A stretch of 64,000 bases of DNA from Chiloscyllium plagiosum (Eukaryota), in assembly GCF_004010195.1 (NCBI RefSeq), contig NC_057757.1:3295851-3359850 (forward strand), read 5' to 3'. The notes below the pieces were generated by a model. It searched no databases. It was given only the letters and a program-made list of their open reading frames with translations, and was not told the origin of the DNA. Below are positions 36,286-48,239 of this stretch, in pieces. Every line of letters starts with the position of its first letter. Within the stretch, counting starts at the first letter, position 1. A program made the position numbers and the translations under genes.

Positions 36286-37044
36286 ACAGAAATCTCAAGT
36301 CCATCCCTAGTCTGACTGACACGTAAATCCAGACTCGCAGCAATGTGTCTGACTCTTAGCTGCCTCAAAATGCCCTAGCAGAGCCATTCAATTCAGGGGG
36401 CAATTAGGGATGAACAATAAATGTGGGCCCAGCCTCTGTCCAATGAATAAATAAGCATTGGGACCAGCTTCCTCGTTGTTGTTCTGAAGTTATCTGGAGG
36501 GGGAGGGCTGCTTTGCCATATTCCTCTCCTTCCCCACACTCAGTTCCTTCCAGTTGAGATTACGTAATCAAGTTCTCCGATTCATACCACGCTATTTTTT
36601 GCTATGCACCTTCAGAGTTTGCCAACAGATTTGCTCATCTATCTCTTTCTCACCGTTCGGAGCTCTCTAAAAGTGTCGTTGCCTTGCAACTACTCTCCTT
36701 CTGTTGCCTACCTCAAGCCAAGCAGAATGTGTCCACAGCCACTTAGTGGATCTTTTGCTGTTTTTGACTGGATTTTTGTCTTAGACCGTTTCTGGAAAGG
36801 TTCACACTTTCACCTCTGAGTCAGAAAAGACTCTAATCCAGGCCTTGGAATCCACAGCAGGTCTGGTGTTAATAGCAAGTCCAATTGGGTTGCCAAGAAT
36901 TAAGTATCTTGAGCACTTAAAAAGAGAGTACAAATGTGTGGGCAGAATGGATGACATCTTTAAGAGTCTGCTCCTAGGCCTGACTAAGGTGGTTTTAAAT
37001 AGGTCCAAGCATGGAGGGTGGGGTTCAAAGAGTTAATTAGAACC

Positions 37045-37388
37045 ATAGTTTCCCTACAGTGTGGAAACAGGTCTTTCGGCCCAGCAAGTTCACATGGACC
37101 CTCCAAAGAGTAACCCATCCAGACCCATTCCCCTCTGATTATCCTACGTATACCCTGATTTTATGCACCTAACCTACACATCCCCAACACCATGGGCTAC
37201 TTAGCACAGCCAATTCACCTAACCTGGACATCTCTGGATTGTGGGAGAAAACTGGAGCACCCGGAGGAAACCCACGCAGACACGGGGAGAATGTGCAAAC
37301 TCCACACACACCCAAGGGTGGAATCAAACCAGTGTCCCTGATGATGTGAGGCAGCAGTGCTAATCATTGAGCCACCAAGCCACCACCC
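37045..37388 (-). mobile_element. HE1-type SINE
   Basis: V-domain and tRNA-like head. Confidence 0.92.
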
Positions 37389-37511
37389 CTTTGATTGATT
37401 TAATCAGCCAGTCATTACAGGTCTTCAAGGGGCTATTCAATACAGGGGGTGGGACAGAATCGGAGATAGTGATGTCCGAAGGCTGGAGGAGCTTACAGAG
37501 ATAGGGAGGGG

Positions 37512-37590
37512 AGAGTGGTGCTGGGAAAGCACAGCCGGTCAGGCAGCATCTGAGGAGCAGGAGAGCCGACGTTTCGAGCATAAGCCCTTC
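37512..37590 (-). mobile_element. Truncated PLE tail (hammerhead 3' half only)
   Basis: GACGTTTCGAGCATAAGCCCTTC. Confidence 0.75.
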
Positions 37591-37749
37591 GAGGGGAAGG
37601 TTACAGTCAATCAACTCCAAATGCTTTCCTGTACTTCCATTCTCATACTCACGTCCTGGTGTTCAGTGCAAAATCACTCACCGAAGGTCACATTTCAGTT
37701 TCCTTTCATTATAGTGCCCCGTTAAATGGGCCAAGCAGCCTTACTTTAT

Positions 37750-38060
37750 ACCCTGGGATGGAGGAGTCCAAAAACTCAGGGCTGTATTTTTAAGGTGAGA
37801 TGAGAGATATGAAAAAGACATGGGATGCAAATTGTTTACACAGAGGGTGGTTCGTGTGTGGAATTAACTTCCTGAGGAAGTGGTGGTTGCAGGTATAGTT
37901 ACAATGTTTAAAAGACATTTGGATAAGTACGTGAATAGGAAAGGTTTGGAGGGATATCAGCCTGGAGCAGGCAGGTGGGACTATTTTGGTTTGGGATTAT
38001 GGTGGGCATGGACTGGTTGAGCCGAAGGGTCTGTTCCTGAGCTGTATGACTCTATGACTC
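37750..38060 (+). mobile_element. CR1 3' end
   Basis: 3' UTR ending TATGACTCTATGACTCT. Confidence 0.88.
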
Positions 38061-38489
38061 TCCTATAATTCAATTCTCTCTCTTGAATTTGCTTTGATTG
38101 GTTTAATCAGCAAGTTTTTATCGGTCTTCAACAGCGAAGAGGCTCTTCAGTTCAGGGGGTTGGGCCAGAATTGGGGATAGAGATGTCCAAAGGCTGAAGG
38201 AGCTTACAGAGATAGGGAGGGGAGAGACCGTGCAGGAATTTAAAAACAACGATGAGGAATTTCAACTTTATGGTGCCCCTTAACCGGATTCCAGTGTTGA
38301 TGAGCGGGCAGAGGAGAGGATGGATTGTTTGTAGTTAGGGACTTGGGTAAGTGAATGTTTCGCCAAATGCACATTCTTGCAAAACTTTAGCAGATGGAGG
38401 AATGAAGAACAAGGGAGATATGCAAGTGGACCTCAGCTCAAAAAGAAATGCTCACTTCTTTCCTGTTGCCTGTTCATCCACACCTCAGG

Positions 38490-38952
38490 GAACACTGAAA
38501 TCACAGTAAAGTATCCAACCTTACAGTCCTTTTTAAGCGCTCCATCTTGGGCCTGGTGGCCAGGCCAAGAGTCGCTATGGCTGCGCAGTCACCGCCACTG
38601 GAGGTTGCCAGTCTTCGGTGCCAACTTGCCACCACCAATGCCCTCGCCACTACGAGGGCTGGCTGATGCAGACGCCACCGATGCTGCCAGGTACCGCACC
38701 GGCCCAAACCCGACTTTGCCACCCATGCCCACGAGCCCGCCCCGTCTGCAGATACCCACCGGTAACCCGAACCCGCCGAGAGTCGGCGTTGGGTTCACTC
38801 GCCATCGCTGTGACAGCTTCCTTCAACGAGACGTCAGGGAAACAAAGCAGGAAAAGGAAGAAAGAAAAAAAAAAGACAAGGAAAGAGACAAAAAAGAAAA
38901 GCGGAGCAGCTCTGGGCTCGGAAGCATTACTCCACTGCCATCTTCCCGGAAA
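38490..38952 (-). mobile_element. GC-rich 5' portion of a non-autonomous retroposon or LINE 5' UTR
   Basis: Minus strand starts GGGAAGATGGCAGTGGAGTAA, then a pyrimidine tract and a CpG-rich body. Confidence 0.55.
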
Positions 38953-39104
38953 AGCAAGATGGTCGACTCCTTGCGAGCTCCTGCATGCGGATCTAAGTTT
39001 CCAATTTCCTACAATCGTTCTGCATTCTTTAAACTTAACAGCATGCTTTTAGAAATTACTAATAACTCTGTTTTATCTAAACTCACAGGTTTGAAGCTCC
39101 TCTG

Positions 39105-39250
39105 ATACATTCTCCCTGTACCTGTGTTTTTGTTTTTGCTGCTGTTTACCTACTATTTATTTTTCAATGTTACCTAACTCTGTGATCTGCCTGGATTGTT
39201 CTCAAGACAGAGCTTTTCACTATGCCTTCAAATTTAAATTCAAATTCAAA
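39105..39250 (+). mobile_element. LINE 3' tail (Rex-Babar/L2-like)
   Basis: GATCTGCCTGGATTG...GAGCTTTTCACT then TTCAAA-type repeats. Confidence 0.55.
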
Positions 39251-39877
39251 GTGCAAATCCTCATGTGTCCACAAGTGACTGATTACCTGAGCTTAACCAA
39301 AGGACATTGAGGTCTCCGATTTTCAAGGGCTCCCAGCTGCAGGCACGGCCAGAGGGACTCTTGGCCTGGCCACCAGGCCCAAGACAGAGTGCTTAACAAG
39401 AAGGACGGTAAGGTTGGATAGTCGAACGGTTGGGTGCACTGACCACCCTCCTCTCCTGATAGGTTGATTGCCACCTTGGCCAGACCCAGGAGCAGAACAC
39501 CCCGCCTGGTCTTGGCTACTACAGTCTGACTCCTCCACTCTGCTGAAACCACATGGATGTGCAGAAAGCACAGAGAAACAGATGCACAAAAATTTGTAAC
39601 TGGGAAAAGGAATGAGCAGAAGTATCTTGCACATTGTACTGTGGTTAAGTTTCGTTTCTGCATTTGATGCTCATAAATATTATGGTTTTATACCACTTCC
39701 CTGTCTTGCTCATTGTGGGTCCCTTGTTTGGCGTTTCTCACTCGTTTAATAAAGAATGATTCTTACTTATTATAGTAAAAACATCCATGAGACAGTGCTA
39801 ACAGGGTTGTAAACTCATTCTTAATTCCTCAAGAACCCACAAACAGCTAACGATATCCTGCAATGCTTACATTTGCA

Positions 39878-40625
39878 GATTGGGGTCACCCTGTTATAGG
39901 AAAGATATTATTAAGCTGGAGAGGGTTCAGAAGAGATTTACCAGGATGTTGACGGAAATGGAGGGTTTGAATTGTAAAGAGAGACTGGAGAGATTGGATA
40001 GGCTGGGACTTATTTCACTGAAGTTTAGAAAGTTGAGGCTTGAGGTTTATAAAATCCCGAGGGGCAAAGGATTACAGAGCCCCCTACAGCTTGTAAGCAG
40101 GCCATTCAGCCCATCAAGTCCACACCGTCCCTTCAAGAAACATACCATCCTGATCCAACTCCCTATAACTGTATATTTCCCTTAACTAACTCACCTGGTC
40201 TGCACATTATAGGGTAATTTAGCATGGCCAGTCCATCCTAATCTGCACATCTTTGGACTGCAGGAGGAAACCAGAGCGCCTAGAGGAAACACACATAGAT
40301 ATAGGAGAGAACATGCAATCTTCACACAGCCAGTCACACCAGGGGTGGAATCAAACCCGGGTCCCAGGCACTGTGAGGCAGCAGTGCTAACCACTGAGCC
40401 ACTGTGCTGATAAGGTGAATGGCAGGTGTTTTCTTTTTCCTAAGATAAGGGAATTCAAACCTAGGCACCATACTTTTAAGGTGAGAGGAGAAAGATTTAA
40501 AAAAGGATGTAAGGAGCAACTTATTCTCACAGAGTGTGGCTCGTGTGTGAACTGAACTGCCAGATGAAGTGGTGGATGTAGGTACAGTTACAATGCTTTA
40601 TAACTGAACTTCATGACTCTATGAC
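39878..40625 (+). mobile_element. CR1 3' fragment split by HE1 SINE (40075-40408, -)
   Basis: SPCYRKDIIKLERVQKRFTRML; SINE head rc GGAATCAAACCCGGG...CCACTGAGCCA. Confidence 0.88.
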
Positions 40626-41274
40626 ATGATCAAGTTATTGTTGCTGTAATATTCCTGCTGATCTATCGATCCTGAAATAATTTCTTTTCAACTGAAGACT
40701 CAATTTACTTTGCAGGACCCAGTCTGTAGAAAGTAATGGAGTCTTGCTTTAATGATCTGAAATTTATCTTAGTTGAGTTTGTAGGCTGACCGTGAGTTCA
40801 ACTGGACAGGTTTGCCTAGCTGAGGAGTAATGATCAGAGAAGTATTAACTGTTTCTGCTGTATTCCTTAACCACTTTTTTTGATACGTTATTGCCTACAA
40901 GTCCTCAGAAGTCAGCGGCCTCCTACCCAAAAGACATGGGCTTGGACATGCTGCATGCCTATTTATATTAATAGCTCACCAAGCCCAATATTTAATGTGT
41001 CAAGATACAAATCACCCAGATTCTGTGGATTTGGATAGCAATAAGTACATAGAAATCTACCTAAACTACAGTTCTGTTCTTGTGTGGTATAAGAAAATCT
41101 CACAATAGGTGTGCCATTTAAACTAACGGGCCAGAATCGTGTTATAGCCAATACAGGTAAGGAAAGTTGGCGTTCTACAATATAACAATCTACAAAAACG
41201 GTCTAAATTCTTCAATCACGTTCAAGCGAATTCGCGTTGGAGAAACATTGGAGATACTGGAACTGACTATTTAT

Positions 41275-41438
41275 AATAAATAAAAAGTGGGCCATACCAC
41301 CAGTGCTTCATCCAGAGGTTCACTGATGATGTTACCTAGTATGGTGATGAAACGTCTGAAACCGAACTTTCCAGCTCAGAGAGAAAACCTCCATCCAGAA
41401 CCTCAACCTGAGCTACAAATCTTCACAAAGCTCACTAA
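41275..41438 (+). mobile_element. Penelope-like 3' terminal repeat (variant C)
   Basis: Homologous to 47990-48125, which follows a GIY-YIG fragment. Confidence 0.8.
41319..41360 (+). ncRNA. Minimal type I hammerhead ribozyme motif (variant C), best preserved copy
   Basis: TTCA-CTGATGA-T-GTTACC-TAGTAT-GGTGAT-GAAAC-GTC-TGAA: perfect 4-bp stem I, 6-bp stem II, intact core. Confidence 0.8.
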
Positions 41439-41624
41439 CTACTTGTAAATCCATTCTTATTTCTGTTCACATGGTGAACCCATGTATTCCTCATAAAGGC
41501 ATAATTTTATGCCAATGTCAGTGTTGCACAATTGCGTTAAAACTGAAGTCACCCCCCAATCCCAAACACCCACCCAATCCTGCCCTCTGTAATCAAATAG
41601 GGTGAATAGCCAAGATCTTTGCTA

Positions 41625-41870
41625 TTGAGAGGGAAACTTTTCAACACAGAGGGTGGTGCATGTATGGAACGAGTTGACAGATGAGGTAGTGGAGGTAAGT
41701 ACAGTTACAACATTTAAAAGATATTTGGACAGGTACATGAATAAGAAAGGAAAGAGGGATATGGGCCAAACACAGGCACATGGGACTAATTCAGTTTCAG
41801 ATACCTGCCCAGCAACAACAAATTGGACTGAAGGGTCAATTTCTATGCTGTATGACTGGATGACTCTATC
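41625..41870 (+). mobile_element. CR1 3' end
   Basis: VHVWNELTDEVVEVSTVTTFKRYLD. Confidence 0.88.
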
Positions 41871-41971
41871 AGTGGCTGCCTGATTTTTGTATCTCCAAGT
41901 TCCAGCCTCCCCCAGAGAGGAGAAACATAATTTGCTTGTTGGCCTTATCATAATCAGAAGAACTCTATCAG

Positions 41972-42288
41972 ATCATAGTCATAGAGACATAGAGTCATAA
42001 GGTCATAGAGTCATTGGGTCATAGAGTCATAGAGACATAGAGTCATAAGGTCATAGAGACATAGAAGCACAGAGTCATAGGGTCATTGAGTCATAGAGAC
42101 ATGGGATTATAGTCACTGAGAGTCATAGAGTCATAAGGTCATAGAATCATAGAGCCATAGAGTCATAGAATCATAGGGTCATAAAGTCATAGAAACATAG
42201 AGACATAGAGTCATAGAGTCATGCAGACATAGACATAGAATCATAGAAACATAGAATCTTAGGGTCATAGAATCATAGAGACATAGAG
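41972..42288. repeat. (TCATAGAG)n 8-bp microsatellite, ~40 units
   Basis: Direct periodicity; same unit as CR1 3' tails. Confidence 0.95.
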
Positions 42289-43634
42289 TTAGGAGAATGC
42301 TCAGGGTCGAGTTTGTGGAGAGGGAGTCTTGGTTGTTCACAGGATCATGTTGTGTCAAGAGGAGCAATATCCTAGGGGTGGCTTCCAAATTTGTCTATTT
42401 TCTGTGAGATTACAAGATGGCCGGAACTGTCAGAGTGAAAGTGAAACTCATGCTGGTCAGGGCAAGGCAGACTGTAATGCACATTGTCGGTGTTGCAACT
42501 TCATGGAATGGCTAGGGTGCAGAATGAGACCATTGAGCCCATTGTTCCAGCCCCAGCCCTATTACATGGTCCCAGGCTCCTGCCTTTTCTCCATATCCCT
42601 GAACTCCATTTCTATCCCTATAACCATCCAATGCCCCTCAGCTGAACCTGCATCCACCACATTATCTGGCAGTGCAATCCAGACCCCAACAACACACTGA
42701 CTGAAAGAAATCTCTCCTCACATCACGCATGTTATGTTTATGCCCCTCTTGTTAACTTTTCTTTTCCAATTGGAGACAGTTTTATCCTACCTACAAAGGC
42801 CATAAGAAATAGGAGCAGGAGTAGTCCATTCAGCCCCTTGAGCCTGTTCTGCCATCAAAAATGATCATGGCCGATTGTCCAACTCAACACAGTTTCCTGT
42901 GGTCATGAATTCTGCGGGCTGAAGGTGGGTAAATTCCTGCTCGTCTCCATCAATACCAACTGATGTGTAGATAGAGAGTTTATTTCAAATCTATGGCTGG
43001 CTTTGTTAAACCGGGCGACAAAACCTGACTCCCTTTGGATGTGTAACAGTGTCCGAGGCTTGTGATTTAATGTCTGAAATGTGACATCAGAAATATGAGC
43101 GTGGTACCTGGGACATGATATTTGACTGTGCTGTGTCTGTGGTTTGACACATAGAGTGTGATGCTCATATTGATAGTCGTTTCTTTATCCTTTCAAATAA
43201 CAGGCATGAAAAGCTGGAAACTGGAATCTGTCTGACAACACTGACTTATATTAACATGGCATTAATCATCTCACAGGCAAGACAGGAGAGGTCGTACCAA
43301 TGGTGTTACAGACCTGCAGCTGAAATGAGTGGGATTTCTAGAATGCAGCCCACACATTAATGCCCACCAGCAAGGTTGGGCATTGGAGGAGGTGCCTAGA
43401 CCATCTTCAAAGAATTCTGAGGATGTCAGGAGGAGAATGAGGAAGAGATAGTGGTAGGAACTATTGACTAAGTTCTGCTTGGAGAGAAAGGAGGCTGCGA
43501 GGAGATCTGATAGAAGTTTTCTGTAATGCACATTGTCAGTGTTGCAACTTCATGGAATGGCTAGGTTTTCTATCAGGAGTGTTTTAATCAGGAGCGGGTT
43601 GGACAGATTTGCTCATTTCTGAAGGGTGATCGAA

Positions 43635-44375
43635 AAACAGTCTTATTTAAATGGAGGAAGACTGCGGGAAGCTGGGGGCATCCTGTACATGAAATATAGA
43701 AAGCTAGCACATAAGGGCAGCAGGGAATCAGGAAGGCTAATGGAATGTTGACTTTTATGGCAAGACAGTTAGACTAGGGAAGTCTTACCGCAACTGTACA
43801 AGATGGCAGGGAGACCACATCTGGAGTACGGTGAGCAGTTCCTTATTTACGGAAAGATATCAGTTCATTGGAGACAGTTCAGACAAGGTTCACTAGGATG
43901 ATCCCCGGGATGGAGAGATTGTCTTATGAGCAAGGGCTAAACAGGTTGGGATTCTACTCCCTGGAGTTGGGAAGAATGGGAGGGTGATCTCACTGGGACA
44001 TATTAAGGGGCCAGACAGGATCAATGCTGAGACGATGCTCCCCTCTCAGGGGAGAGTCTAGGACCAGAGGGCACTGTCTCAGAACAGAAAGGTGGTGGGG
44101 GGGTGGGGGGGCGCAATTTCACACTGAGATGAGGAGGAATTTCCTCTCTCAGAGAGTTGTGAGTCTTTGGAACTCCTTGCTACAGAGAGCTGTGGGGTCA
44201 GAGTCCTCGTGTGTATTGAAGGCCAAGACAAATTCTTGATCAGTCAGGGAATCAAGGGTGATGGAAAAGGAGGATATGAGGAATGTCAGATCAGCTATTT
44301 TACTATTGAATGATGGAGCAGGCTTGATGGGCCAAATAGCTTACTCCTGTTCCTATGTCTTATGTTCATATGGTC
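43635..44375 (+). mobile_element. CR1 3' fragment
   Basis: GESRTRGH...TEMRRNFLSQRVVSLWNSL. Confidence 0.85.
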
Positions 44376-44905
44376 TTAGTAGTTAGGTGAATAATAGATT
44401 ACCCATCCCATGCTGCAACATTCCTGTCCTTGGGATCTTAGTGGACACCAATGGCATGGGGAAGAAGGTGGGTGTGTGGATATGCGACAGTATGTTTTGG
44501 ATTTCCACATTGGGGAAACCATGCTGCTATTGTGTGACCATGTGTCCATTAGCCTTGTCAAAACCCCAAGGGTAGGCAGTCATGTACGATTATGTCACTC
44601 ACCACTTGTAAAGATGATGTTTAACAAGGTGTACCATAGAGTCCTGTGATCCAGTGAAAAACATCCCAGCCTCTCCTTAAACCCTCCATTCCTGGAACAT
44701 CCCGGTAAATCTCTTCTGAACCCTCCCCAGTTTAATGATATCAACAGGATCGACCAAAACTGGCAGCACACTCAATCCCCCAAATTTAAGAATTCCAGGA
44801 TATCGTTCGCCGTTTGCGGGTTCTTGAGGAATTAAGAATGAAACTACTGTCGGTTCTGTCTCATGAATGTTTATCATTATAGGAATCATTTCTGGATTAC
44901 ACTGT

Positions 44906-45473
44906 TGTCATACATGGACAATCCAAGATGGCTGTAAGAGAACAGCTCCACCTTAAATTAACACAGTCTTCAACTGGATCTAAAAAAGAATTGGACATTT
45001 GAACAAATATGTCAATAAGATTATATTCACAGTCTGGTATAATGTTTTAGTTGAATGAGTTTTCAATCTTCCTTTCGAGTAAATAGTGTTTTTTTACCTC
45101 TCTGGCTCCAATTCAATTCACAGTCAAAACTTGGCCCTTCAGGTCTGCTTGTTCTGACCCACAAACTCAATGTTTTTAAGCGATTTCTTCCCGCTGTCTG
45201 TGAGTTTTGAGTTGCTCTTGTTCATTTTTGCCTGCTGTGAGAGGTAGATCATCCCTTAAACAAAAAAAAATCTGCTTTCCAGCAAACAACCTAACAGCCG
45301 AAGCCCACTCTCTGCTCCCTAACCATCCCCGATGCTATGTAAGAGCTTGCCCCCCCAGCTGAATTCTCATCCTGCTTCAAATTTAACATTGTAAATGCCG
45401 TGTGAATCTGGCAATTATCCTTTCAAGACCCTTTTTACTCGAGGATGGTAAAACTATGGAGCTCCGTATCACA
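44906..45473. mobile_element. Possible degenerate solo LTR
   Basis: TGTCATAC...GTATCACA (7/8 inverted termini); flanks CTGT/TTAT are imperfect. Confidence 0.35.
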
Positions 45474-45494
45474 TTATTTATAGCTAGTTTTTAA

Positions 45495-45675
45495 AAAAAA
45501 TTTATGCAGGTGTTGCTGGCAGGCCAAGCATTTGTTGCTCCACCTCAAATCGCCCTGTGAACGGAGAGGCTTGCTCGGCCGTTTTGGGGGGGCGGTTAAG
45601 AGTTGACCACGTTGCGGTGGGTCTGGAGTCACGTGTAGGCCAGACTGGGTAAGGATGGCAGATTTCCTTTCCTAG
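45495..45675 (-). mobile_element. Deu-domain SINE 3' half
   Basis: GGTCTGGAGTCACGTGTAGGCCAGACTGGGTAAGGATGGCAGATTTCCTT. Confidence 0.8.
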
Positions 45676-45683
45676 AAATGGAG

Positions 45684-46050
45684 TTAATAATGAACTTGAA
45701 AGACCCTATACAGACAACAAGCAAAACTAGTGTAATTTACAAAATGCCGTGCAAGGACTGTAACAAACACTACATTGGACAAACAGGCAGAAAATAGCCA
45801 GCAGGATACATGAACATCAACTAGCCACAAAACAACATCACCCTCTCTCACTAGTATCCTTATGTATAGATGAGGAAGGACACCACTTCGACTGGGACAA
45901 CACATTCATCCTAGGACAAGCCAAACGGAGACACACACAAGAATTCTGAGAAACATGGCATTCCAACCAGAACTCTATCAACAAACACATTGACTTGGAT
46001 TCCATTTACCACCCCATGAGAAAAAGGACAGGAAATGACATCAGCACAGG
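45684..46050 (+). mobile_element. Penelope-like element GIY-YIG endonuclease remnant
   Basis: Plus frame MNLKDPIQTTSKTSVIYKMPCKDCNKHYIGQTGRK, then frameshifted RIHEHQLAT...GHHFDWDN. Confidence 0.9.
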
Positions 46051-46167
46051 CGTGGGCCCTTCATCAGGAATGAGGAAGGGCTTGTTCCTGGTGGGGGTCT
46101 TGAGCCTGGGGTGCCGATTTTCCTGTTCCTCAGACGCTGCTTGTCCAGCTGTGCTTTTCCAGCACCA

Positions 46168-47986
46168 CAAGAGGATTGATGAGGGCAGAGCAGTAGATGT
46201 GATCTATATGGACTTCAGCAAGGCGTTCGACAAGGTTCCCCATGGGAGACTGATTAGCAAGGTTAGATCTCACGGAATACAGGGAGAACTAGCCATTTGG
46301 ATACAGAACTGGCTCAAAGGGAGAAGGCAGAGCGTGCTGGTGGAGGGTTGTTTTTCAGACTGGAGGCCTGTGACCAGTGGAGTGCCACAAGGATCGGTGC
46401 TGGGTCCTCTGCTTTTTGTCATTTACATAAATGATTTGGATGCGAGCATAAGAGGTACAGTTAGTAAGTTTGCAGATGACACCAAAATTGGAGGTGTATG
46501 GACAGTGAAGAGGGTTACCTCAGATTACAAGATCTGGACCAGATGGGCCAATAGGCTGAGAAGTGGCAGATGGAGTTTAATTCAGATAAATATGAAGTGC
46601 TGCATTTTGGGAAAGCAAATCTTAGCAGGACTTATACACTTAATGGTAAGGCGTTCGACAAGGGAGTGTTGCTGAACAAAGAGACCTTGGAGTGCAGGTT
46701 CATAGCTCCTTGAAAGTGGAGTCGCAGGTAGATAGGATAGTGAAGAAGACGTTTGGTATGCTTTCCTTTCTTGGTCAGAGTATTGAGTACAGGAGTTGGG
46801 AGGTCATGTTGTGGCTGTACAGGACATTGGCTAGGCCACTGTTGGAATATTGCATGCAATTTTGGTCTCCTTCCTATCGGAAAGATGTTACAGACAATAG
46901 ACAATAGACAATAGGTGCAGGAGTAGGCCATTCTGCCCTTCGAGCCTGTATCACCCCCCCCAAAACGGCCGAGCAAGCCTCTCAGTTCACAAGGCTGATC
47001 ATCCTTAATCAGTATCCTGTTCCTGCCTTATCTCCATAACCCTTGATTCCACTATCCTTGAAAGCTCTATCCAACTCTTTCTTAAATGAATCCAGAAACT
47101 GGGCCTCACTGCCCTCTGGGGCAGAGCATTCCACACAGCCACCACTCTCTGGGTGAAGAAGTTTCTCCTCATCTCTGTCCTAAATGGTCTACCCCGTATT
47201 TTTAAGCTGTGTCCTCTGGTTCGGCACTCACCCATCAGCGGAAACATGTTTCCTGCCTCCAGAGTGTCCAATCCTTTAATAATCTTATATATCTCAATCA
47301 GATCCCCTCTCAGTCTTCTAAACTCAAGGGTATACAAGCCCAGTTGCTCCAGTCTTTCAGTGTAAGGTAGTCCCGCCATTCCAGGAATTGACCTCGTGAA
47401 CCTACGCTGCACTCCCTCAATAGCCAGAATGTCTTTCCTCAAATTTGGAGAGCAGAACTGCACACGATACTCCAGGTGTGGTCTCACCAGGGCCCTGTAC
47501 AGGTGTTGTGAAACTTGAAAGTGTTCAGAAAAGATTTACAAGGATGTTGCCAGGGTTGGAGGATTTGAGCTATAAGGCTGGGGCTGTTATCCCTGGAGTG
47601 TCGGAGGCTGAGACGTGACCTTATCGAGGTTTACAAAATCATGAGGGGCATGGATAGGGTAAGTTTTTTCCCTGGGGTCAGGGAGTCTAGAACTAGAGGG
47701 CATGGGTTTAGGGTGAGAGGGGAAAGATATAAAAGAGACCTACGGGGCAACTTTGTCACACAGAGGGTGGTATGTGTATGGGATGAGCTGCCAGAGGAAG
47801 TGGTGGAGGTTGGTATAATTGCAACATTTAAGAGGCATTTGGATGGGTATATGAATAGGAAGGGTTTGGAGGGCTATGGGCTGGGTGCTGGCAGGTGGGA
47901 CTAGATTGGGTTGGGATATCTGGTCGGCATGGACGGGTTGGACCGAAAGGTCGGTTTCCATGCTGTACATCTCTATGACTCTATGA
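46168..47986 (+). mobile_element. CR1 RT plus 3' UTR, split by a second CR1
   Basis: [17 protein letters not shown]...[13 protein letters not shown]...SKFADDTK; resumes at ~47503; ends CTATGACTCTATGA. Confidence 0.95.
46890..47502 (-). mobile_element. CR1 3' fragment nested in CR1
   Basis: RPHLEYRVQFCSP...FFTQRVVAVWNALP; (GACAATA)n tail. Confidence 0.93.
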
Positions 47987-48125
47987 CAGCGCTAATCCAA
48001 AGAAACCCATACACGTAAATAGAAAGCAGGAATCATCAGCAGTGCTTCGTCCTGAGATGTTACCTTGTATAGTGGCAAAACGTCTGAAAATGAACCTTCC
48101 AGCTCAGTGAGCAAACCTAAATCTA
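47987..48125 (+). mobile_element. Continuation of the Penelope element (3' repeat, decayed hammerhead)
   Basis: CAGTGCTTC...ATGTTACCTTGTATAGTGGCAAAACGTCTGAAA, homologous to 41300-41400. Confidence 0.8.
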
Positions 48126-48239
48126 GTAGTTACTAATTTAGAAAGGCTTCTACAATAACAGTTGCATGGCAGCTAACTTTATAAACCCAATCTTTAATTA
48201 ATGCAATAATAGAACAGGATCTTGATCAGCTGGGCCAAT

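Noticed and set aside
38377..39105. 242-aa ORF as a host gene
   Set aside because: It starts at a non-ATG codon, is antisense to a GC-rich retroposon head, and has no recognisable domain.
41109..41157. Possible small exon (GVPFKLTGQNRVIANT) with CAG|GTAAGG donor
   Set aside because: Poor polypyrimidine tract, no recognisable protein and no partner exons.
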